NCBI GenBank assembly: GCA_964408705.1 | Contig: CAYPAI010000004.1 | Coordinates: forward strand, 57-64,056 | Length of the DNA: 64,000 nucleotides | Direction of reading: 5' to 3' | Origin: Candidatus Woesearchaeota archaeon | GTDB lineage: Archaea > Nanobdellota > Nanobdellia > SCGC-AAA011-G17 > PNOQ01 | Shown: positions 57,423 to 64,000 of the stretch, one piece after another | Numbering within the stretch: position 1 is the stretch's first letter | Layout of the letters: each line of letters starts with the position of its first letter | Position numbers and translations under genes: made by a program | Notes under the pieces: model-generated | Told to the model about the DNA's origin: nothing | What the model saw: the letters and a program-made list of their open reading frames with translations, nothing else | The model's database searches: none

Positions 57423-57891
57423 AATGGCTATAATATTAAATATAAATGATAAGTTAAGGATAAAAAAGATATCTAAAGAATATGAAATTGGTGCTGAGTC
57501 AGATTTATTTTCAAATTTAGAGAGAAAAGATATAGTTTTAAAATATATTTTAAGGGATAATTATAGAGATAACTCAAAAACTAAAATTAATTTAGCAAAA
57601 AAATATTCTACAGATGAGAAAGTTATTGATAAGATAATTAGAGGTTTCCATTTAAAATTATTAGAAGATATTCCTTATTTAATTGAGGAATTTGGCCATA
57701 ATTTTGTTAATGACATGAATAGGGAAATAAATGATAGATATACTCTTTTAGGTGACTTTCCCTTTACTGGTTCTTACTTAAATTATATAGCAACCGAGGC
57801 AGGATTTAATTCATTTAGCCAATATAAAAAATATTCAGATAGTGAGAAAACTTTAGAATCAAAGGTTGAGGAATCACCTATCACAAAATGA
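57406..57891 (+). CDS. Hypothetical protein.
   Basis: 161-aa ORF that overlaps the neighbouring genes, as in an operon. Confidence 0.4.
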   Translation: MVFYIRMAIILNINDKLRIKKISKEYEIGAESDLFSNLERKDIVLKYILRDNYRDNSKTKINLAKKYSTDEKVIDKIIRGFHLKLLEDIPYLIEEFGHNFVNDMNREINDRYTLLGDFPFTGSYLNYIATEAGFNSFSQYKKYSDSEKTLESKVEESPITK

Positions 57892-59015
57892 AAGATCTAG
57901 AAAAGAAAGTATATGGAGCAATAAACAATGAATTTAAGTCTTTTATACTTGGATATCTTTTAGATGAGGATTATAAAAGTTCTTGGTCAATTAAAAAAGA
58001 AGCAGATGCTTTTGGTATTGATGGATTGCCTAAGGATTCAAAATCTTATCATTTTCATTGTGATTCTAATGAGCCTAGTGCTTCTTTATCATATTTTTTA
58101 GATGAAACAACTAAAGGAACTAAAAAATGGAAGTTAAATGATATTGCAGAAGAATGTGCAATTGGTGATATTGCAAGATTTTCTTTATATTTTCCAATGA
58201 AGTTTAATTTTAGTTTATATTCTCTTTTTGGAAGCGGACCTAATAATGTTCCTTATAATTCTGTTAAAACTTTAGAGTTTATTAGAAATAAAAAAACTTT
58301 ACAGAAAAAAGATTTGGAAGAAGAGTTAGGAATAGGTGTTGGTGTTGCTTATGATAGGTTAAACAAATTTAATGATTTAAATTTAATTAATTTTAATTCA
58401 ATTGATATGAACAAAAAAGGACAAATATTTTATGAGTTATCAAAATATAAAAAAAATGGAAATAATTCAATATTTAAAAGACAAGATGTTTCTGAAAAGA
58501 TATTAAATCATTTTGATAAGAATAAAGATAATTATAATTATATTGATCTTTCAAATATTTTAAATCTTGATAAAAAACAAGTTCAATCTGAGTTAAGACT
58601 TTTAGAAAGAAAAGGTTATCTTAAGTGTAATCAGCCTTGGGTTGGTTCAGAAAAATATTCAGAAATAAAAATTACCAATAGGGGAGTAAAACTCTATGAT
58701 GATTTTGTAAAACCAATATCTAAATTTCTTAAAACAAAAGATAAAAATTCATTAAAGTATATTAAAAGAAAACAGATTTATCCTAATAATTTACCATTGG
58801 CTCTTGAAACTTATTTTAATATTGCACCTAGTAAAATAAAACAAAGCAAAATGTCTAGGAAAGAACAGGTTTTAGATATTTTAGAATTAGGTCAAGGAAC
58901 TCATAAAGAAATAAAAGATCAAGTAGGGGTTAGTGTTATGAGGTATATTAAGGAATTAATAGATGAAAAGAAAATAAAAAAAATCTCTAGAGGGAAATAT
59001 TCTATTAAAAAATGA
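57888..59015 (+). CDS. Hypothetical protein with several predicted winged-helix-like modules.
   Basis: 375 aa. There are three segments with a wHTH-like pattern, for example LDILELGQGTHKEIKDQVGVSVMRYIKELIDEKKIKKISRGKYSI. It overlaps the upstream ORF by 4 nt. Confidence 0.45.
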   Translation: MKDLEKKVYGAINNEFKSFILGYLLDEDYKSSWSIKKEADAFGIDGLPKDSKSYHFHCDSNEPSASLSYFLDETTKGTKKWKLNDIAEECAIGDIARFSLYFPMKFNFSLYSLFGSGPNNVPYNSVKTLEFIRNKKTLQKKDLEEELGIGVGVAYDRLNKFNDLNLINFNSIDMNKKGQIFYELSKYKKNGNNSIFKRQDVSEKILNHFDKNKDNYNYIDLSNILNLDKKQVQSELRLLERKGYLKCNQPWVGSEKYSEIKITNRGVKLYDDFVKPISKFLKTKDKNSLKYIKRKQIYPNNLPLALETYFNIAPSKIKQSKMSRKEQVLDILELGQGTHKEIKDQVGVSVMRYIKELIDEKKIKKISRGKYSIKK

Positions 59016-59023
59016 AAAAAATA

Positions 59024-59854
59024 TTATATTAATAATCCTAATAAATAACCTATAAATATCCCTGCACCTATGAATGGCATTGCAGGATAGAATTTATTTT
59101 TTTTACTAAAAGTTAAAAGTCCTAAAAGGGCTAAAGCAGAAAATATTGCGATTAATGATGCATCTAAGAATCCAGTTTCTCTTAAAATTACTCCTGCAAA
59201 TAGCATCGGGAAACCTATATCTCCGCCTCCAAGTATTGCTGTTTTTGTAAATATTTTTTCTTTTTTCTTTGTTTTTTTATTAGTTATTATCTTTCTAGCA
59301 TAGGGTATTGCTAGTCCTGCAAATACTTTTGCCTTTGCTTGGAATTTGGCTAATTTTATCATATGTTTTGTTTTCCAAACTGCTATTGCGTCATATACCA
59401 TAATGATTAGTAAAAGAATACTTATTGAAAAAATACTTAAAATTGGAACAAATAATGAAGCTATTCCTGCATAGACAAATAGTTCAATAATATTATGGGA
59501 GATAATGCTTGGTCTAAAATATCTTAAGGATATAAAAGCTATTGAACTGATTAATGCGGCTTCTTGATTTATAAATGCTCCAAGAGATATAGTTAATAGG
59601 TATAAAGATGCTAATAAAAACCATATCTTCCATATTCTTTCTGCTCCAAAATTTATCAAGAGTAATGCAAGTCCTGTTGCAATTATTATTGCTATAGCCA
59701 TTGGCATATAACTTGTATCTTCTTGAATTTCAGGACTTTCTATACCAAAAGGTAATTCTTTTTCAAAGTAAGAATCAATTACATATAGTCCTATAAATTG
59801 TGCAACTAAAAATAAGCCAACAATTATTAATGAAACTTTTATATTATGCTTCAT
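59024..59854 (-). CDS. Presenilin/signal-peptide-peptidase-like intramembrane aspartyl protease (archaeal PSH, family A22).
   Basis: It has about nine TM helices. The YD motif is IIMVYDAIAV and the GxGD motif is LGGGDIGFP. A PAL-like segment YPAMPF follows. The motifs are in presenilin-like order and spacing. Confidence 0.65.
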   Translation of the reverse strand: MKHNIKVSLIIVGLFLVAQFIGLYVIDSYFEKELPFGIESPEIQEDTSYMPMAIAIIIATGLALLLINFGAERIWKIWFLLASLYLLTISLGAFINQEAALISSIAFISLRYFRPSIISHNIIELFVYAGIASLFVPILSIFSISILLLIIMVYDAIAVWKTKHMIKLAKFQAKAKVFAGLAIPYARKIITNKKTKKKEKIFTKTAILGGGDIGFPMLFAGVILRETGFLDASLIAIFSALALLGLLTFSKKNKFYPAMPFIGAGIFIGYLLGLLI

Positions 59855-59943
59855 CTTTTTATTTTAATTAGTTTATTTAAAAGGTTTATCTATATGTTAT
59901 ATATAAAAACTTATTTAAACAATCAATTTTTTATTTTTGTTAT

Positions 59944-60014
59944 GGGGCCATAGGCTAGTAGGAAACCGGTCGCCTCCAGAGCGACAATCGGGGGTGCAAA
60001 TCCCTCTGGCCCCA
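59944..60014 (+). tRNA. tRNA-Trp (anticodon CCA).
   Basis: Acceptor stem is GGGGCCA/TGGCCCC with an A discriminator. Anticodon stem-loop is GTCGC-CTCCAGA-GCGAC. The T-arm reads GGGGGTGCAAATCCCTC. Confidence 0.8.
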
Positions 60015-60067
60015 TTTAGTTAATTTTAAATATTATTATGTAATCAAAATTTATATTAAACTTTGAG

Positions 60068-60454
60068 GTGAATTTAATGGATTACAGTGAAGACGTTATG
60101 TACAGCGAAAAAAGAGTTATATCTAAACCAAGATTAAAGACAGTTGATTATAAAAAAATTAAAGTTTATAATAGGCTGAGTGATGCAATTTGTGATGGAG
60201 AATGGCAACTTGCAAGAAGATATATGGGTAAGATAAAAAGTCCAAAGTTAGTAAAAACTAAGAATAAGGAAGGAAGTTTTAAGAGAAACTATAAACCAAA
60301 ATCAAGTATATCAAAGTATGGTTCTCTTCCAGGAGTTAATGCTTCTGAACAAACTAGATTTGTAGGTCAGCTTGAATATCTTATTGATAATGAAATTAAA
60401 GCTGATATTGAATTTCATATAGATGAAGACGGTAATGCAAGATACAAAATTTAG
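60068..60454 (+). CDS. Hypothetical basic protein.
   Basis: 128-aa ORF. Confidence 0.4.
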   Translation: MNLMDYSEDVMYSEKRVISKPRLKTVDYKKIKVYNRLSDAICDGEWQLARRYMGKIKSPKLVKTKNKEGSFKRNYKPKSSISKYGSLPGVNASEQTRFVGQLEYLIDNEIKADIEFHIDEDGNARYKI

Positions 60455-60455
60455 A

Positions 60456-61079
60456 ATGAAAAAAATAAAATATTTTTTTCTTACTTCTTATTTTTTATTT
60501 TCACAATTAAGTGCCCAAGATAATTTAAGATTTAGTTCTGATAGATGGTTATTTCCAAATTTTGAGATTAATTATTTAAGATCCGAGAATGAAAGTAGAT
60601 TAGATGGAAAATTAGATAATTTAATTGATTTTGAATACAATGAGCTAATTGGTTTGGATGGTCTAATTAATATTTATGAAAGATTTAATGATGTTTATAC
60701 TAATTATAATTTTGATAAGGGAGATAACTTTGTAAGTGTAAATTTCAGTAATAATGATGGAGATAGCGGATTTTTACAAGCTGATTCTTCTGTAATTTCT
60801 GTAAATACTTTAATAAATAAATTTTTAGATTCTAAGGACCAAGAGGGATCTTATAAAATTATGGCAGGAGAACAATTTTATGATATCAATATAAATAAAA
60901 TAGTAGATAATGATTCTTTAATTGTTTATCAAGTTCCATTGGGGTATGAGCCTTTAAACATTAAAGAGGCTAGAGTCAAGCTTAAAAAATGTGAAAATAG
61001 TTTAGATCCATTAGAAATTTCTATTGATTTTCCTTGGTATTTTTCTTTTTTGAATTATAAACTAGAGAAAAAAGATTAA
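60456..61079 (+). CDS. Secreted hypothetical protein.
   Basis: The likely start is the internal Met, giving MKKIKYFFLTSYFLFSQLSAQ|DN (a Sec signal peptide). The ORF track starts at 60423. Confidence 0.45.
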   Translation: MKKIKYFFLTSYFLFSQLSAQDNLRFSSDRWLFPNFEINYLRSENESRLDGKLDNLIDFEYNELIGLDGLINIYERFNDVYTNYNFDKGDNFVSVNFSNNDGDSGFLQADSSVISVNTLINKFLDSKDQEGSYKIMAGEQFYDININKIVDNDSLIVYQVPLGYEPLNIKEARVKLKKCENSLDPLEISIDFPWYFSFLNYKLEKKD

Positions 61080-61126
61080 TTATTCTTATAAAAAACTTTA
61101 AATAATTAAAATTTAGAATTTATAAT

Positions 61127-62194
61127 ATGGAAATAACGCCTTATGAAGTAAAAGGAGAAATCAACTATGATAAAGTTGTAAAAGAGTTTGGAGCAACTCT
61201 ATTAGATAGTAAGCTAAGGACTAAGCTAAAGGGGATAAGATTGGTTGAAAAAGAAATATTTTTTGCACACAGAGATTTAGATAAGATAATAAAAAAAGAT
61301 TTTGCAATTGTTTCAGGAAGAGGTCCTTCTCAAAGAATGACCTTAGCCCACTTATTTATATTTAAATTTGTTAAAGATATGCAAGATAAGTTTGGGTGCA
61401 GGGTTTTTATTCCTTTTTCAGATGATGAAAAGTTTTTATTTAATAAAAATCTAAGTTTTGAAGATTCTAAAAAGTTTGCATATGATAATTTATTAGATAT
61501 ATTAGCCTTAGGTTTTGATCCTAAAAAAACAGAGATTATAATTGATTTTGAGAATATGAATCAAGAATTATATAATTTAGCAGTAACTTGTTCAAAGACA
61601 ATAACTAATAGTACAGTAAAATCTGCCTTTGGTTTTAAAAATAGTAGCAATATAGGGATTAATTTTTATCCAGCTATGCAGGCGGCACATATATTATATC
61701 CGACTGTTAAGTATCATGTTCCTTCATTAGTTGTAGTAGGGGCAGACCAGGATGTGTTCATTAAGTTATCAAGAGATGTTGCCCATAAATTAAGACTACC
61801 TAAACCTGGAGACATATTATCTAAGTTTTTGCCTAGTTTATCTGGAAAATCTAAAATGTCTTCTTCTGATCCAAATTCAGCAATTTATACTACGGATTCA
61901 ATGAAAGATATTGAAAAAAAAATAAAAAAAGCATTTTCTGGAGGTAGAGATACAGTAGATGAACATAGAGAAAAGGGAGGAAATCCTGATGTCGATGTTT
62001 GTTATCAATACCTTAATTTATTTTTAGAAGAAGATAATGCTAAATTAGGCAAAATTTATAAGGATTATAAATCTGGAAGTTTATTATCTGGAGATCTAAA
62101 AAAGTATACTATTGATAAATTACAAAAGTTTTTGAAACAACATCAAAAGAATAGGGAAAAAGCTAAATCTCAGGTAAAGAAGTTTGTAGTATAG
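61127..62194 (+). CDS. trpS: Tryptophanyl-tRNA synthetase (archaeal/eukaryotic type).
   Basis: N-terminus is EITPYEVKGEINYDKVVKEFG. The HIGH-region variant is SGRGPSQRMTLAHLFIF. The KMSKS variant is KMSSSDPNS. Confidence 0.85.
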   Translation: MEITPYEVKGEINYDKVVKEFGATLLDSKLRTKLKGIRLVEKEIFFAHRDLDKIIKKDFAIVSGRGPSQRMTLAHLFIFKFVKDMQDKFGCRVFIPFSDDEKFLFNKNLSFEDSKKFAYDNLLDILALGFDPKKTEIIIDFENMNQELYNLAVTCSKTITNSTVKSAFGFKNSSNIGINFYPAMQAAHILYPTVKYHVPSLVVVGADQDVFIKLSRDVAHKLRLPKPGDILSKFLPSLSGKSKMSSSDPNSAIYTTDSMKDIEKKIKKAFSGGRDTVDEHREKGGNPDVDVCYQYLNLFLEEDNAKLGKIYKDYKSGSLLSGDLKKYTIDKLQKFLKQHQKNREKAKSQVKKFVV

Positions 62195-62264
62195 TTTTTA
62201 CCACCAGTTAATAATAAAAATAGTAAGGTTTATAAATGGTCTAAATCTAAGTTATTAATATAAA

Positions 62265-62621
62265 ATGACTAAAAAATTTGTTGCAGGATTACAAAAAAGA
62301 AAAACATTAGAAGGTAAAATAGTTAGTAATGCAAAACTTGATAGAACTCATTATTCTGGTGAAGATTGTGTAGAATATTTTAGAGTAAGATCTAATGATT
62401 TAAGAAATCAAATGGAAAAACATTTTTCAGGATTATATGAATTTAGAGATAACGGTAATGAACATATCTATAATTTAAAATTAGGTACAGAGTTACCAGG
62501 AATCTGGAATGATGTTGAAGTATTTTCAGTACATTATATGGTAGATAACAAAGATATTTTTAGGGTTACAGAGGTAACACCCCACATAAAAGATATGAAA
62601 AGGAAATATGGACTAAAATGA
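62265..62621 (+). CDS. Hypothetical protein, translationally coupled to the downstream regulator by an ATGA overlap.
   Basis: 118-aa ORF. Confidence 0.4.
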   Translation: MTKKFVAGLQKRKTLEGKIVSNAKLDRTHYSGEDCVEYFRVRSNDLRNQMEKHFSGLYEFRDNGNEHIYNLKLGTELPGIWNDVEVFSVHYMVDNKDIFRVTEVTPHIKDMKRKYGLK

Positions 62622-63388
62622 TTGTTGATAAATATTTATTAAAAAAAGTAAGGTCATCTTTTGATCTTAATGAGTATGAAGTAAAGATATGGACAGCCTT
62701 ATTATCTAAGGGAGTTGCTACTGCTGGAGAATTAGCCGAAATAAGTAATGTTCCAAGATCGAGAAGTTATGATGTTTTAGAATCTTTAGAGAAGAGAGGT
62801 TTTATTATAGTTAAGATAGGTAAACCTATAAAATATATTGCAGTTAGTCCTCATGAAGTTTTATCTAGAATTAAGAAAGAAGTTTTGAGTAATGCTGAAT
62901 CTCAAGTTGATTATATTTCAAAAGTTGGAAATGAAGAATTTTTTAATGAAATAAACTTATTGTATAAGAATGGTATAAACCATGTTGACCCTAGCACTTT
63001 GTCTGGTTTAATACAAGGTAGAAAAAATATCTATAGTCATATAGAATCTATGATCAAGAGCGCTAAAGATAGTGTTATCATTTCTACTAGTGAAACAGGT
63101 TTAAAAAGGAAGTTGGACTTGTTTAATACAATTTTAGATAAGTTATCTAAGAATGGAGTTAAGATCAAGATTGCATCACCTAAGACGGAAGGTTTCGAAA
63201 CTACTGCACAATTAAAATCCTTTGGTAAATTTGATGCAAGATTTATTTTAGTTGATGGTAAAGAGTTGTTGTTTATGTTAAATGGTGATGATTCTACAGA
63301 TAGGGCAGATATAGGGGTATGGATTAACAGTCCTTATTTTGTTAATGCAATGTCTACTATGTTTGATGCTGCTTGGAATCAAAAGTAA
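62618..63388 (+). CDS. TrmB-family transcriptional regulator.
   Basis: The N-terminal wHTH LNEYEVKIWTALLSKGVATAGELAEISNVPRSRSYDVLESLEKRGFI is typical of TrmB. Confidence 0.7.
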   Translation: MIVDKYLLKKVRSSFDLNEYEVKIWTALLSKGVATAGELAEISNVPRSRSYDVLESLEKRGFIIVKIGKPIKYIAVSPHEVLSRIKKEVLSNAESQVDYISKVGNEEFFNEINLLYKNGINHVDPSTLSGLIQGRKNIYSHIESMIKSAKDSVIISTSETGLKRKLDLFNTILDKLSKNGVKIKIASPKTEGFETTAQLKSFGKFDARFILVDGKELLFMLNGDDSTDRADIGVWINSPYFVNAMSTMFDAAWNQK

Positions 63389-63418
63389 TTTAAATAATAA
63401 CCCATTAAGGAATATAAT

Positions 63419-63625
63419 ATGTATGAAAAAATATCTGAAGGAAATGAGTATTTTTCAAGGCCTTTGAGTAATTATTTAGGTCAAGATTATACTCTTTTTG
63501 AAACTAGTGATAATTTAACTAAAAATTATACTTCTAATGAATCGAGCCATAATGAGTCTGAATTTTTAAAACATGCAACCCATACCCCATTTACATGTGG
63601 TGGTTGTGAATACCATAATCATTAA
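63419..63625 (+). CDS. Small hypothetical protein.
   Basis: 68-aa ORF with low support. Confidence 0.25.
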   Translation: MYEKISEGNEYFSRPLSNYLGQDYTLFETSDNLTKNYTSNESSHNESEFLKHATHTPFTCGGCEYHNH

Positions 63626-63664
63626 ACGTAAGTTATTTATATCTGACATAATTCTTTTATTAAT

Positions 63665-63913
63665 ATGGTTAAAGGAGATCCTTATCGTTGTGAATGGTGT
63701 ACTTTTTCTTGGAAAACAAATAGTGATGTAATTCCTTTAAAATGTCCTAGTTGTGAAAATAGCAATATACTAAATGAAGCAGAGAGTTTTAAGAAGATTT
63801 TGGGAGAAGAAAATATTCTTCGCTTTCATAAACAAATTAAGAAAAAATCAGAAGTTGTTGAAGAGGTTAAGAAAAAAGAAAGTTTTTTTTCTAGAATTTT
63901 TAAAAATAAATGA
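63665..63913 (+). CDS. Small zinc-ribbon protein.
   Basis: CEWC...x14...CPSC forms a four-Cys ribbon. 82 aa. Confidence 0.4.
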   Translation: MVKGDPYRCEWCTFSWKTNSDVIPLKCPSCENSNILNEAESFKKILGEENILRFHKQIKKKSEVVEEVKKKESFFSRIFKNK

Positions 63914-64000
63914 AGGAAGTTTTTGTATCCTTTTTTCACACCTAGCTTATGCCTAAGTCAAAAAGTGTGGTTGAAACTTCCTGAATCCCGCCACCAGGGT

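Noticed and set aside
1-64000. CRISPR array or cas genes.
   Set aside because: No regularly spaced direct repeats of 24-40 nt were seen. The only tandem repeats are in-frame coding repeats or simple T-rich tracts. No Cas-like ORFs were found.
1-64000. Alternative genetic code, for example UGA recoding as in some small-genome lineages.
   Set aside because: Long conserved ORFs (aaRS, Lhr, aCPSF1) are uninterrupted under the standard code. TGA is used as a terminator, for example at the DHH gene and at the 58-aa ORF at 22436.
63900-64000. Possible start of a structured RNA at the window end (GC-richer ...gtgtggttgaaacttcctgaatcccgccaccagggt).
   Set aside because: The stretch is too short and is truncated by the window edge. 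No recognisable tRNA, SRP or RNase P consensus could be folded by eye.

Overview
The window reads as an AT-rich (roughly 30% GC) archaeal genome with streamlined, DPANN-like gene sizes. Archaeal identity rests on TFE, ribosomal protein L15e, Pth2, a class-I CCA-adding enzyme, proteasome beta subunit, aCPSF1/FttA, a presenilin-like A22 protease, Sec11-type signal peptidase and Pilin_N-type class III signal peptides. The genetic code looks standard, since TAA, TAG and TGA are all used as stops and the long ORFs are intact.

Core housekeeping genes are dense. There are five aminoacyl-tRNA synthetases (LeuRS, a 595-aa AlaRS lacking the C-terminal domain, ProRS, ThrRS, TrpRS) and five tRNA genes (Cys-GCA and Arg-TCT as a minus-strand tandem pair, Gly-GCC, Thr-TGT, Trp-CCA). 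An Lhr helicase sits in tight linkage with a metallophosphoesterase. Other recognisable products are an NSUN m5C methyltransferase, a DHH/DHHA1 phosphoesterase, an Obg/DRG-type GTPase with degenerate G3/G4 motifs, and a TrmB-family regulator.

Between these lie islands of secreted, cysteine-rich, acidic proteins. Most of them carry a shared MKRG-(hydrophobic)-LFISGCG leader that fits both a lipobox and a class III (type IV pilin) signal.

The most notable candidate system is at about 42.7-50.2 kb. Two archaeal type IV pilin-like genes (KRG|ISPLIATVLLIG leaders) bracket a 1279-aa and a roughly 609-aa tandem-paralogous giant lipoprotein/secreted pair. These carry thrombospondin/MopE-like CxDGxDNDCDG metal-binding repeats and a conserved poly-Gly-VPCxxWPxGPCNVPLSP motif. 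I propose this as a possible pilus-plus-adhesin host-attachment module.

A second giant Cys-rich locus lies at 10.3-16.8 kb. Two otherwise different lipoprotein genes share a 196-bp stretch that is 100% identical. Two adjacent lipoprotein genes share a roughly 98-bp near-identical promoter/signal-peptide cassette exactly 1500 bp apart. A DUF285/BspA-type 26-residue tandem-repeat protein is present. A 30-nt patch identical between the AlaRS gene and a frameshifted HAD-family nucleotidase gene is also present, as is a frameshifted small zinc-ribbon gene.

No CRISPR array, reverse transcriptase, integrase or transposase was seen.
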